This document shows positions 49,115 through 60,880 of a stretch of DNA of 64,000 nucleotides, in pieces. The translations under genes and the position numbers were made by a program. This stretch comes from Novakomyces olei (lineage: Eukaryota): assembly GCA_016906335.1 (NCBI GenBank), contig JADEYG010000015.1, forward strand, positions 1,178,001 through 1,242,000, given 5' to 3'. The notes below the pieces were generated by a model. The model was not told the DNA's origin, ran no database searches, and worked only from the letters and a program-made list of their open reading frames with translations. Every line of letters begins with the position of its first letter. Within the stretch, counting starts at the first letter, position 1.

Positions 49115-50839
49115 ATGGATGAGGGCGCTCCGGCGGTTTTAATGCCGGAAATAGTGGTGAATATTGAGGCAATGAGTGGGCAGAAACGAAAGTATGAGGA
49201 AGGAGCGAACGGCGCTGCGCAAACACCGCAAGCGCGATTGGCAAAATCAGCCAAGAGTGGTTCGAAAACTGTAGCGGAAATTGATCGTGAGCAAAAGCAG
49301 AGACTGAAAGCTGAGCTGCGTGAACAAAAAGAGCGGGAAAAACGAGAGCAGGAAGCGGTTCGGCAACGTGAACGGGAGAGAAAAGAAGCGGAAAAACGGG
49401 AGCAGGAAGCAATACGGCAGCGAGAGAAGGCCAAAAAAGAACGGGAAAAACGAGAGCAGGAAGCGATACGGCAGCGCGAGAAAGAGCAGAGAGACCGTGA
49501 GAAGCGGGAGCAAGATTTGGTAAAGCAGCTGGAGAAGGACAAACGCGAACAGGAAAAGCTGCGTAAAGCGGACGAGAAGCGACGGGAAGAGGACGGGAAA
49601 CGGATGAAACGCGAACGGCAGGAGAATATATTGAAACAGCAGCAAAACAAAATGGCCAATTTTTTTTCTTTTTCTTCAAACAACTCTCCCGTCAAATCGG
49701 TTCAGCAGCAGCAGGAGCCAGTAACGATTGACGTGGATTACGCTGCTAATGTCTCTGACTATGAAAAGACGTTTTCCCCTTTTTATGTTAAACCCGGCAC
49801 TGTGCTCGAAGGGGGTCCGAGAGCGTCTACAACGACTTGTCAAGCGATAGATCTGGCGATAAGCGCTAACGCCGAGAACATTGATGCTGCTAAGCAATCA
49901 AACAGGCCACAGTTTCCGGTTACGCGCCGGTGTTGCTGGAACAATGTCGTCCCCGTTACCGAGGTTGTAAGGAAAAGCAATAGCGCTACAAATGCCGATT
50001 CCTTAAAGTACCTTTCTCAGCTACAAACTGTGCCCTTTGTCCTGCTGAAATTCTCAGAGGATGTGAGGCCTTGCTACCATGGAACCTGGACACGTAAACC
50101 CACAGCACGTGGCTTGCAAACGGGGCGCAACCCGTTTGCAAGAGAGTCCATACTTAATTATGACTATAGCTCCGAGGCAGAGTGGCAGGAAGGCGAAGAC
50201 GAGGACGGCGAAGATTTGGATTCCGTCTCTGACGAAGACGAGGCCTCTGTCGATGAAGCAAACGAGGACGATCTTGCATTTTTAGATGACGACAATGACG
50301 AAGATGGTAATGATGAAGAAGGCGAAGCAAGGTCTATAAAGTTAAAGAGGCGGAGTGGAATAGCCACGGGACCTTTAGTGCCCGTTATTGAGGGCGTATA
50401 CTGGAGCAATATGTTTCCGGGCCACAAATTAGTAGTGCTATTAGACGAGGAAATTACAGGCAAACAGGCACAGCAGCCCATCGATCCTTTCCGGGACTAT
50501 TGGACGCCAGTTAAAGGGAATACTTCTACGGCTCTAATGCCCGGAGAAGTCAAGGCCGAGAGCATGGCCAATACTGCACTCACGCCTCGAGGCTTAGAGT
50601 CGCCTGGTGCTTCTCCCATCCCGGCCGATTTCCCACGGCCCATGCTCAAATCGTTTATTGACGCAGTACACGGAAGCCCGCACAACTCGTTGTTTCTCGT
50701 GGAAACTCTACGGCAAAAGTTTCCGAGTGTGAAGAAGAAAGTTATTTCCGAAACTTTGAAATCTGTGGCCCTTCGAACGGGGAAACGCGACACAGATTCG
50801 TGGGTTATCCGACCAGGAATTCGGAAGTTTATTTCGTGA
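49115..50839 (+). CDS. RLF2: Chromatin assembly factor 1 large subunit (Cac1/Pcf1/p150)
   Basis: KER coiled coil; PIP-like QNKMANFF; KFSEDVRPCYHGT; NYDYSSEAEW acidic ED domain; C-terminal winged helix. Confidence 0.93.
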   Translation: MDEGAPAVLMPEIVVNIEAMSGQKRKYEEGANGAAQTPQARLAKSAKSGSKTVAEIDREQKQRLKAELREQKEREKREQEAVRQRERERKEAEKREQEAIRQREKAKKEREKREQEAIRQREKEQRDREKREQDLVKQLEKDKREQEKLRKADEKRREEDGKRMKRERQENILKQQQNKMANFFSFSSNNSPVKSVQQQQEPVTIDVDYAANVSDYEKTFSPFYVKPGTVLEGGPRASTTTCQAIDLAISANAENIDAAKQSNRPQFPVTRRCCWNNVVPVTEVVRKSNSATNADSLKYLSQLQTVPFVLLKFSEDVRPCYHGTWTRKPTARGLQTGRNPFARESILNYDYSSEAEWQEGEDEDGEDLDSVSDEDEASVDEANEDDLAFLDDDNDEDGNDEEGEARSIKLKRRSGIATGPLVPVIEGVYWSNMFPGHKLVVLLDEEITGKQAQQPIDPFRDYWTPVKGNTSTALMPGEVKAESMANTALTPRGLESPGASPIPADFPRPMLKSFIDAVHGSPHNSLFLVETLRQKFPSVKKKVISETLKSVALRTGKRDTDSWVIRPGIRKFIS

Positions 50840-51796
50840 AATGTCAGTTGCAACTGGGCATGGCAATTACTGTATTGGGCTTACAAACACATAGATTAAA
50901 TTTACCATTTTGCATTTTCAAGAGCCTACACTCATACTAAAGAGCCGTATTTAAGAACATTTACCCGTCTCAAACCGAAGCCATATTATCTCCGTTCGTG
51001 TTTATCCGTCTTTTCATTGCTGTGTTCGCGTCGCGTTTATCGCTACGTTTCCGTGATCTCGTTACCCAATTCGGTAATGGACCGCGACTCATACTAGAAT
51101 TGATGATATAGTAAAAGTAAATAAAGGTATACAGAATAAAAAGTACGTTAAATAGCAGTAGGACATTAAAGGCCAGTCGGCCAAAAATGCCTCAAAGGCC
51201 GCAAAGGCGAAATAGGAGTATAAATACTGCAGTTAATAACCATTTATTCAAACAAATACTCTGAACTGACGAAAAACAAATACACTTGAATTTATAAAGA
51301 GGCTCACTCGATTGAACATGAGTAAAATCAAACGCTGTATCTGCCAGGTTTTACTGTGCCTCGACTTTCTGTGCAATGGAAACAGCGCAGTTAAGGATTT
51401 GGTTAGTTGATGACTCTTCAGGTCAATATCTGATTGGTAAGTTAATATGCTGGTTTGAGGCCTCAAAACTAATTGAAAAGATTCTAGAACTGAAGGAAAA
51501 ATGGGGAGGAGACGCAAAATTCTGCACGGACGATAGGATATGGATTTGGGGAGCCGCAATTAATGCATCATATATTCTTCTTTAGAGCATACAGGCACCA
51601 TAAAAACCCCATATGATGTAGAAATTTGGGTGTAGAAATGTAGCTAGTAGTCTTGTTCGACTGTAAAATTGTGAATAATGTAAACTAACTTGCCAAGGTA
51701 ACTTTGGCCTTATACAAAAATGACCATGCACGTAACAAAAAAAGAGGTTTCATTAAAATTAGTATTATATTATGTACAAGCATTTATAACAACACC

Positions 51797-53464
51797 TCAA
51801 TCTTTGGCCGGCTTGTCTGCAGGCCCCGGTAGCAGTGACCGAACAAGCACTTCGTCATTTTTATCAAGAAGAGGTTGAGCAACCAACGGCCCTAGTTGTT
51901 TTACGAGGGTTTGTTTGGCCTCTTCAAACGACATTCCCGAGTGCAGAGTCTGAACGTTGGCCATCTCTTCGTCCAAAAGGGTTTGTAAAGCCGAAACAAT
52001 TGCATTTAAATTTCTTTGTGCTTCCTTCCTTGTAATATTAGCCGAATCATTATCGTTGCCATTCTCTGGCGGGTGCTGTAAAGGTCCCTTGAGCAGCACA
52101 CTGTACAACTTTACGTTTGGAAGAATAATAAAGCGTACGACCTGCTGACCTAGCTGCCTTAAGCCTTGGATTGCTCCATAGTGAGTAGTCAATGGCTTTT
52201 TGTTGTCAAGGAAAGCTTTTAGTAGTGTTCGGGTTACACGCGGCCGTAACGTTTGGTAAGCATCGCCAAATTTATTGCATACCATGCCCAAAATACTGGC
52301 CGCGAGATCGCGTAAAGAATAATGATCAAAAGCGCCTTCTCCCGCAGTCAAAGGCTCATCGCTTCCCAGCTTTTTCGCTACTAGACACGTCAATATTGGT
52401 GCCATAAATTGATGGATATAAGGCTCAATAAAAAGACTGTTGTTTTCCAGTAGCGCTTTAGTCATTTGCATCATCATGTTGAGTACAAAAAGGCTCCGCA
52501 TTTCATTCGTGACTTTGTCCGCTATGAAATGTACAAAATAGGGAAGGAGCTGATGCAGTCCGGAATCGTGACTCAGACTGGCAATAGCTGCAGCGTTTAA
52601 TGAAGGATTAGACTCGTCCAAGAGGGCAGTTGTGACTTTTTCAAAATAAAGCTGCAGTTCCTGAGATATAACATGCTTTACTAGAGGCTTTACTTCGACA
52701 CCACTGTCGGCACCCGCACCACCAGAGGATACACCTTCATGGCTGCTTGCATGAAGAAGCATACTCGTACGGCTACCGTGTTTAACTTCGTCCCTGTGAT
52801 CTGTCACGAGGGGGTTCTGGGGGATAGCCGGCTGAACTCCTTCAATAGCGAGCCAGTGTGCTAAAAGTTAGAGTTGATCGATCAAGCTGTGTTTAATAAA
52901 ATCAGAGTTATTAAAAAAAAAAATACTCGTCCACTTGAAAAGATTATTTGAAAAGCACAAGCAAAACAAAAAAGCCGAGTTGGCCGTGCTCAAGTCATAA
53001 AAGATACAAATAAAACAATAGTACATGGTAAATAAAAAGAATGAAATATTAATGGCAAAGCAAACAACCAGACGGTCAAGCATACACGTGTAAGAAACGT
53101 CTCGGGGAACTTTGGGAAGGGGCATATTCACGATCTTTTCGAACTCGACTTCTTGCTCATCGAGATAATAAAGTGGAGGCTGTCCCGCCGCTAATACAGC
53201 GTCTCGAAATTGAACATCTCCATCCGTATTAAACCCGTAGAGAGGCTCAATATTGAGAGAGCGCAAGGCCATATCGATATCGTGAGTCGATAATATTGTA
53301 CGCTTAGAATGCCTCATGAACTTTACTGCTTCCTGAATAATTTCGTGAACGCGGTACTCTGCATCCATCGCAATAGCGCGAGCTGGATCTTCACCGAGCC
53401 CATTGATGCCAAGCGACTCGGCCACATCGACTATTGAGTCGGTGCTCAGCACGGACAAAGACAT
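51797..53464 (-). CDS. TAF6: TFIID/SAGA subunit Taf6, 2 exons
   Basis: H4-like fold DAEYRVHEIIQEAVKFMRHSKR; HWLAIEGVQPAIPQNP; KHVISQELQLYF; DSGLHQLLPYF. Confidence 0.97.
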
Positions 53465-53877
53465 TGGAGCTGATGATTGATGTGTGACCTATGCTCGCCA
53501 GATCATAGTCCAATTCGCTATCCTACGGTGTCGAATACGGCGCCCATTAGCAGATTGTAAGTAACCTACGCTTGTAGCGTGTCTGCCAATGATAGTAAGT
53601 ACTTTGTACTTACTTGAGAGGAGCATTATGGTATTTTACAGTCAGTTTTAGAAGACAATATTTTACAGCATTCAAGGACAAGTCTACTTGACAGTATGCT
53701 CAAGCAATTAAAGAGTCTTATTACTGCGCAAGACTATAGGCACCCAAGACCATATACAAACCTGACGGCTGCGTTACTTAATATCCGGCTTAGGCCGGCG
53801 AATGAGGATTGACTTAATCCTGCGCGATTGTAAAGCCAACCAGCAAACTACATTCCGCCGGAAATTGTGCAGTAAAT

Positions 53878-54666
53878 ATGATCCGTCCATTGCAAGTGGG
53901 AGCGAGCCGTGTCGGTAATATCTGCCCTGTATTGCTGAAGCCTCTGTACTGACTTGCTCTAGGCCTTTTAAGCACGGGTATGCGTGTGCGCATGCTGCAG
54001 GCGCCGATGGCGGCTTTGTCCCTTCGCACGGCGTCTGTGAGCACTCAGAGTATTACACCGAAAGAGGGTTACGAAAAATTGCAGCAACTTCGTTTGCAGC
54101 GGCCCAGCTCTCCCGACCTCGCTATTTACAAGCCACAAATTACCTGGATTCTCTCCAGTCTGCACCGTATTACTGGACTGGCTCTTTCAGGTCCGCTCTA
54201 CCTTTTCGCCATCGGATACTTGACGAGCCCTCTGCATGGCATCCCGCTTGATTCCGCTTCTATTGCCGCTGCTTTTGGATCGCTTCCTTGGGCTGTCAAG
54301 TTTCTTGTTAAAAGCGTAATCGCTTTTCCTTTTACCTTCCATTCGTGGAACGGCATTCGACAGTAAGTTAACATGACAAAGATACATTTTTGAGTCTAGT
54401 CGCCTGCTTTATTTCATTTATTTATTTTTGGCTTCAACCGAGAAGGAAGGATAATGTAGAAACTTTGAACTGAACCAGTGGGGATCCTGTTTAGTTTTTT
54501 GTTTATACTATTTTACCGATTTTTACCGATTTCATACCAATTGCATACTAATTTTAGTCTTTTGTGGGACTCGGGTCTTTTCCTCAAGCTCAAGGAGGTG
54601 GAACGGACGGGATGGTTTACGGTTGGTCTTGTAGCTGTTTCGACATTTTTGCTGGCACTGCTTTAG
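53878..54666 (+). CDS. SDH3: Succinate dehydrogenase cytochrome b560 subunit, 3 exons
   Basis: RPSSPDLAIYKPQITWILSSLHRITG; FHSWNGIRH|LLWD. Confidence 0.95.
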
Positions 54667-55003
54667 GCTTTGGCGGGATAACAGTATAATTGAAGATTTT
54701 AAATGTTTAAACATAAATGCCTTTCCGGCAGATAGAATACCCTTTTCATTCCTGGATTTGTGCGGAAACCTATCATTATGCGTCGCGAATAACGTCTTGG
54801 AAACTTTGCATATATAAAGAGACAATTCACTCAAATATAGCTACCATACCAATTTCTTATTGAATTTTTTCCATTACTCACGCAACATTGCACCTTTTTT
54901 GCGCTTTCGCAGCAACCTTTGTTATCATGTAAATTTAAAATATTGATTAATCCCACCGGTTCCGTATCATTCATAGATTCAGGCAGATCTCTCCCTAAGA
55001 TGA

Positions 55004-55875
55004 CTATTGTTCGTTTTCTTCTCCTTTATTGCCTTTGTCATCGCTACTGCCTTCAATGCCTTTGTCATCACCAGAGCTTAACTGATTCTCTTCATCCTCA
55101 TCAAGATCGCGATGATGCAGTGCTAAACCACCCATCTCGTGGTAATGGCGTTTTCGCATTTCTTCGAAGCGTCTATGTTTTTCTTCGGCCTCTGATAAAG
55201 TGAGTAAAGCGGAATAGATAAAGAAGTCAAAAAATAGCACTAAATGGGAATGGAGGACCAGCACGATTCAAAGATAGCAATACCAAAGAATTGAATAGAT
55301 TTGAAATATGGAGATTGCCAAAAGCTCATTATCAATATATAGAAGAAAAGCGGGAAAGCATAAATCAGCATAGAATAGCTGCAAATCTTACCGTCAGGCT
55401 CTTCTTCGTCAGCATCAGCGATATCCTCCTCGACATGAACGACCTTTGGACTGTCTGAGCGAGGCGCTGGTGGAGCTGATTCTTCTTCAGGCTCACCAAG
55501 CTCAAGCTCTGGGATCTCATTATCTGTATGCTTCTCTCCGCTTTGCTGGTAGATGGGATTTCCGCTCGCGTCAAAATCTAAATCCAGCTCAACCGGCCGA
55601 TGATGCTGAAAAGGGGTTTTTGGCTCTGTAATCTTCATTGTCGGCCACCGTTCTTGCTCATTGCGATATATATTAGCCTCGTCCCATTTAAGCTTAGTTG
55701 GATGGGGCTCTTCTTCATCTAGCGATCTGCCGTCCGTTGAAGGCATTGAGTTTTTGCGCGTATTTCTTCGAACTACTTCCGGATCTGCTGTAACAGCCAG
55801 TTCGGGTGATGAAGACACTTCATCGCGATTTCTTAAGATGCCTTTAGGCTTTTTTACCGGCGGTTCTTGAACCAT
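55004..55875 (-). CDS. GLC8: Protein phosphatase 1 inhibitor-2 (IPP-2/Glc8), 2 exons
   Basis: KGILR (SILK-like), KWDEAN, MKITEPKTP, FEEMRKRHY. Confidence 0.9.
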
Positions 55876-56183
55876 GGCTTCTCACCAACTGTATATATCT
55901 ATGACCATGCCTAATTCAATATATCCACTATTTCTTGGGTTAATATTTAATATTTAATATTTAGTATGCATTATACTATTATTTATAGTTATTGAATTAT
56001 TACTTAATATATTACTTTGGAAATTATTATAATTCTTATAATTATATAATAATATTAATACTATTATTAAACTATTTAATAATATAAATGATAAACTAAT
56101 TGAACTTAAACCTATATTTCCTACTTGTCGACAAAAGCCACTGGGTATGGTGGAACGGCAAAGCGACATGTTTACCTTATAAG

Positions 56184-56440
56184 AGTTAGGGTTAGTCAGG
56201 GTTAGTTAGACAATCCTAAGTATTCAGTGCTGGAGTTATCCCTATGAAAGACGAGTTAAGGAGTTAAGAGTCAGAGTTTTAGGAAACTAACCATAACCCT
56301 ACTTATACTATATACATAAATCAGGGTATGGGTAACTAACCCTAGCCCTGATTTATGTATATACTATGCAGGCTGTACCACACAGTAATTGATGTAAATA
56401 TCCGCACAGTAATTGATGTAAATATCCGCACAGTAATTGA
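56184..56440. repeat. Telobox motifs, an 18-bp perfect inverted repeat and a 24-bp tandem repeat
   Basis: TTAGGGTTAGTCAGGGTTAGTTAG at about 56186; TATATACATAAATCAGGG (56309-56326) / CCCTGATTTATGTATATA (56346-56363); CACAGTAATTGATGTAAATATCCG x2.5. Confidence 0.8.
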
Positions 56441-56515
56441 GTGTATATCTGGGGCATGATGTCAGTGTAACTCTAAGTTTGGTTGCAACAACATATATCG
56501 ATCAAGTTTAGCACT

Positions 56516-56917
56516 ATGGCTTCGCCGATTGATTTTTCAAAATGGGACAAAATCGATCTTTCAAAATGGCAGAAACTCGTCGGACACACTATTGTGCGCG
56601 ACAAGCACGACCAACGAAACGTAAGTGTACAGCTTTTTGACGAGCTCTAAACTTGAAGACTTGGAATCACGATGACCTGCCGGAACGTTACCGTATTTTA
56701 CCCCCAGGTTCTGTTTGCACTAAAGATCTTTGTGAAGATAGGTACTGAAAAACATGTTAGTTCATTAAGTTTTGTTTATTGTTCATATTCACTATTTTTT
56801 CTTCTTTTTTTGTCCTCACTTTTCTTTTGCTGTCTATCAAAGTATCCGTCTAACGAATGCAGACTGAACATTCATACAGACAGCGATGGGAAAGTGAAAT
56901 CTATCACTTCTGGCTAG
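56516..56917 (+). CDS. Small protease inhibitor, I78 / potato inhibitor I-like, about 80 aa, 3 exons; not correctly shown in the ORF track
   Basis: MASPIDFSKWDKIDLSKWQKLVGHTIVRDKHDQRN|TWNHDDLPERYRILPPGSVCTKDLCEDR|LNIHTDSDGKVKSITSG* fits LP...R...PG...T.D...RLN...D..G.V....G. Canonical GTAAGT and GTACTG donors. Confidence 0.8.
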
Positions 56918-57014
56918 AGTATTTTAATACTTTTCTATGTTTAATAAGATTCTCTAAATAAGTCTTTAATCAATATTACTAGAAAGTTATAAAAGGACGA
57001 GCCGAAAACCAGCT

Positions 57015-57426
57015 CTAACAGCCATCTGTATCCCTTTGTATTTGCTGCCACTCTGCTATCTCGTCTTCATTTTTAGTAAAGTAAAAATTGACGAGCGGAT
57101 TCTCAAAAGATGCAACCGTCTTCCGTGACTGGAGAAACGTATGTCCATCAATAAAAATAATTGGTAGATTTGATGGTACATGAAAGCGCAAACTGTGGCT
57201 CGAGAAAGAAACATTTTTGCCGTGCGGAAGCCCAGAATGCACACATTGCGCTTGGCTTCCGTAATAATAGGATTGCACGGCATTGATCGTGAAACCGAAG
57301 TATTCAAGTGCGCGTTTGGAGTAAATATTTGCACCGATAAAACGGAAAGGCAGTATGCTTATCGGCGGACGATCCGTAGAGCGGTCAAAAATGTTCGCTT
57401 CTTTCCGTCCATAATATACACAAATC
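57015..57426 (-). CDS. Possible last exon of an orphan gene
   Basis: Stop-free frame of about 136 codons following a TAG acceptor at about 57427; upstream exon not resolved; no family recognised. Confidence 0.3.
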
Positions 57427-57689
57427 TAGACGTTTGTACTAGCCCATTGATACGACCACTAGTCTGGCATTGAACGCAATTGACTTTTTGCACACCAGGA
57501 TTAGCCATCCTGCTGGGACATTCAACGCGCAAGATAGGCCCTCGTGAACAGAAGTAAATCACTAAAGACCGAGGTCATCGTAACGTAGGTTACGTTGTTC
57601 GAGTTTCTAATCCTTTGGGCATCCAGATCATTTAACATTCTTGCCAGTCGGGTATTCGCCTGGTAATGAATATTCATGTAGAGCTCTCC

Positions 57690-58130
57690 TCATCTGTACA
57701 CTCGTCCAATACCATTGCACACCCAACACTGATCATCAACTAGACCGAACATTGAAGATTTGTAACCCTTTCCGTAGCATTTTGGACACAATTGCCCCCC
57801 TAACCGTGGATCTCCTGCCGGGACCGTTAGAGGCCGTGGCGGGGTGGCACTGTAGCCATAGTTTGGTTGAGGAGGCGAATAATGCTGATACTGCTGGTAC
57901 TGCTGGCTTTGAACGTAACCCGAGCCCGGATAACCGTGATTAGTGGCAGACGAAGGCCGTTCTTGCGGTCGGGGTGGAGGTCTTGGCGGAGGAGGAGCAT
58001 TGTACCGCTGTGGATTGTCTGAATAAGGCCGATTATTATACCTGAAACCTTGAGTTTGTAACATGGATTCTTCGTATGACGGCGGCATTTCGTCGCCGCC
58101 GCCCTTGCGACCACTGCTGCCTTTGGACAT
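57690..58130 (-). CDS. HUA1: Hua1-like proline-rich protein with C-terminal Zn finger
   Basis: PPSY motif, Pro-rich centre, GDPRLGGQLCPKCYGKG...CWVCNGIGR. Confidence 0.85.
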   Translation of the reverse strand: MSKGSSGRKGGGDEMPPSYEESMLQTQGFRYNNRPYSDNPQRYNAPPPPRPPPRPQERPSSATNHGYPGSGYVQSQQYQQYQHYSPPQPNYGYSATPPRPLTVPAGDPRLGGQLCPKCYGKGYKSSMFGLVDDQCWVCNGIGRVYR

Positions 58131-58254
58131 GTCGTTTGGACGATTTACCACACGTTCATGTAGTGCTATTCTTATACGTGTAACCCCACTGGATCAGCAG
58201 ACAATTACGCTAGTAATTGTATAGAAACTCTAGTACGATGTGAATATTTTTTGT

Positions 58255-58420
58255 AGAACCTATAAAACAACAATGGATGACACAGGATTATACAATTTTA
58301 TTGTAAAATGCTTGTTGAAAAGATTAGTTAGCCAGTTAGTGTTAGGATAAACTAATCCTAACCCTAACTAACCCTGGCTTTTTGCCGCTATGACTAGACT
58401 AACTTTATCCCGACATTTTA
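58255..58420 (-). repeat. Dispersed telobox-containing element, copy 2 (HUA1/SPE2 divergent region)
   Basis: Reverse complement reads GGATAAAGTTAGTCTAGTCATAGC...AAGCCAGGGTTAGTTAGGGTTAGGATTAGTT, matching 44640-44830. Confidence 0.8.
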
Positions 58421-58790
58421 CATGGGTAAAAAAATAAATTTAGTATACGACTGAAACATTGTGTTGTTTTCATTCCAAATTACAGTAACGACTCGTTCGC
58501 TATACTGAAATGTTCTTCAATGTAATAAAGCGTTGTAATAAAACGTTATATAATAAAACTTTTGTATGAATCAATCTATGACGGAGAGCTAATTCAATAA
58601 AAAATTACCGTGCGGACGATTCAAACTTTTCCCTGCATTGAAAGCCAGAAACGAGACAATTATCGTTTGAGTAAAGTGCAACTAGGCGCACTGAGCTCAA
58701 TATAACGTATTATACCAAAAGTTTCGAGCGCTTGGTATATGCTACTGGCAAACGACCGGCCTGTAAATTTTTTTCTCTGAGTAAAAGATT

Positions 58791-59030
58791 TTGAAAAGCC
58801 GTCGACTGGGATCCGTGCCTGGTCAAGCCCCTGTTCTCATATTGTATCCGGCAGCATCGTATGGACTGCGTACCCGTGTGCGCAAAAGTTTATCACCGGT
58901 AAGTCTTGCTGCTGACTTGATTCAAGATCTTTTTTTTTCAGGAGTTTATAGTATTATGCGAATATTATTTGCTGACGTTCCCCAGACCGCGATAGCATTC
59001 CTTCCACACTTTTACCGAAAGCCTCCATAA
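58791..59030 (+). promoter_or_regulatory. Spliced 5' leader of SPE2 with overlapping uORFs, one ending YRKPP-stop
   Basis: AUG at 58861; intron 58899-58985 (GTAAGT...GCTGAC...CAG); intronic AUG at 58956 opens MRILFADVPQTAIAFLPHFYRKPP*, ending 107 nt before the main ATG. Confidence 0.65.
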
Positions 59031-59137
59031 AAGACTGTAGAGGGGATTTCTTTATAATATTTCCTTCTGCTCGTTGATTAGCCAATTACCGTTCAATCAC
59101 CAGTTTTCCTCGCACAGGGAGCTATATTCTCCTGCCG

Positions 59138-60460
59138 ATGGTGGGGTTCACTAAAGAAGTCAATTTTTCTACAAAATGCACACCCAGTAATAGTGCTGCA
59201 GCCTCCGCTACTAATTCTACTGCGATAGAAAATACGACTGATGTCCCTCACCGTGAAATTAACCATATTACGGCTGATACATTGCCCGAATCCTGTTTCG
59301 AAGGACCTGAAAAGTTGCTAGAAATATGGTTTGCGCCTGATGACACGTGCCTGCCCGTGGATGCGGTCCCTGAAGGATTGCGTGCAATCGCGTATCATGA
59401 GTGGGAAGCGATGCTCGACGTTGTCCAGTGCAAGATTCTTTCTTCCGTTTCTTCTGGACACATGGACGCTTACTTGTTATCAGAGAGCAGCATGTTTGTG
59501 TTTGCTCATAAAATTATCCTAAAGACTTGCGGAACAACTACGCTTTTACATGGGGTCAGCCGTATACTGGAATTGGCTCACAAAGTGCGGCTGCTGCACT
59601 CTGTGACTGACCAGCCGTGGCGAGTATTTTATTCACGCAAGAGCTTCATGTTCCCTGATAAGCAACACAGACCTCATTCTAGCTGGGAAGAGGAGGTCGC
59701 TTTCCTCGACGCTCAATTTGTCAATGGTACTGCTTACATGGTGGGTGCTATGAACTCTGAGCACTGGCATTTGTACTTGACGCAAGGGGGGACTAGTACC
59801 GATTATAATGATGACGATAGGGTGCGCAATAGCGATTTTGAGGACGAAACTATCGAGATTCTTATGAGCGATCTGGATCCCTTTAAAGCTCAAATGTTTT
59901 TCGCCTCCGAGCAGGCGGATGCTGACCCGTTTAATGCTCATAATGCACTGGAAGACGCTAGTGAGGGTCACTTAATGGGCGCTTTGACGAGTAAGAAAAC
60001 GGGGATGGACGCTATCTACCCCAGTTCTGAGTACAGAACCGCGCGACTGGATTCTTACCTGTTTGAGCCCTGTGGGTACTCCGCTAATGGAGTCATTACT
60101 CAGGCGGCTAATGGCTGTGCCGGTCAGCGCCGCTCTAATTACTTTACCGTGCATGTTACACCCGAAGCCCATTGCTCATACGCTTCTTTTGAAAGCAATG
60201 TTCCCAGCAAATCTCACGAAGAGGCAAAGGCAATTATTTGTAAAGTGCTCGATATTTTTGCGCCCGGTCGATTTTGTGCGACTATTTTTGAGGCCAAGCC
60301 CGGTGCTAACGAGACAATGCCCTCTCGACGTAAGCCCAAGGATTTGACTAGTTTGGCACTGGGAAGTCTTCCGCATTATCGACGCACTGAAAAGATCGTG
60401 TACGAGTTTGATGGCTACGATTTGGTTTTTACATCCTTTCGACGATCACAGGGCCAGTAG
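59138..60460 (+). CDS. SPE2: S-adenosylmethionine decarboxylase proenzyme
   Basis: FEGPEKLLEIWF, YLLSESSMFV (pyruvoyl cleavage site), LKTCGTT, FEPCGYSANG, TVHVTPE. Confidence 0.98.
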   Translation: MVGFTKEVNFSTKCTPSNSAAASATNSTAIENTTDVPHREINHITADTLPESCFEGPEKLLEIWFAPDDTCLPVDAVPEGLRAIAYHEWEAMLDVVQCKILSSVSSGHMDAYLLSESSMFVFAHKIILKTCGTTTLLHGVSRILELAHKVRLLHSVTDQPWRVFYSRKSFMFPDKQHRPHSSWEEEVAFLDAQFVNGTAYMVGAMNSEHWHLYLTQGGTSTDYNDDDRVRNSDFEDETIEILMSDLDPFKAQMFFASEQADADPFNAHNALEDASEGHLMGALTSKKTGMDAIYPSSEYRTARLDSYLFEPCGYSANGVITQAANGCAGQRRSNYFTVHVTPEAHCSYASFESNVPSKSHEEAKAIICKVLDIFAPGRFCATIFEAKPGANETMPSRRKPKDLTSLALGSLPHYRRTEKIVYEFDGYDLVFTSFRRSQGQ

Positions 60461-60880
60461 ACTTTGATTTTTTTTCGTCCATGGTTTTTTAAAATAGTTT
60501 TCCTTTTTTTGGTCTTGTTTTTCTGCTCATCAATTCCAATTTTGCAATTTAAATTTTTAAGTTTAAAAATTATAGCCTTTCAGATGTTTGCCGTTAGTTA
60601 ATTTTAGTTTTATTCTTTTATCGACTATTTGTTCTTTTTGGTTCACGCATTCGGGCGTAGGTAGATTTGAAAAAGCAGTTCATTTGTTTAAAAGTGATAT
60701 TGCTTTATGCATGTACAAAAAGTTCTTTTTTCAATTAGTAATTCGCGGTTTAACCCGTAAACTAATGCAAAATGTTTGAAATTCTAGCAGTACATTTATA
60801 TGTATGAGTAGACTGAATTAGATCATTATTTGCCAAGTCCCTTTTTTCTTTCATTTTATTTCAATTTCAAGATTCTCTTT

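Noticed and set aside
49074-49695. Long antisense ORFs over CAF-1 p150 (likewise over CNA1, CYK3 and SEC31)
   Set aside because: Shadow ORFs of repetitive or GC-rich coding sequence.
51248-51600. Short ORFs between CAF-1 p150 and TAF6
   Set aside because: Several incompatible models and no recognisable motif.
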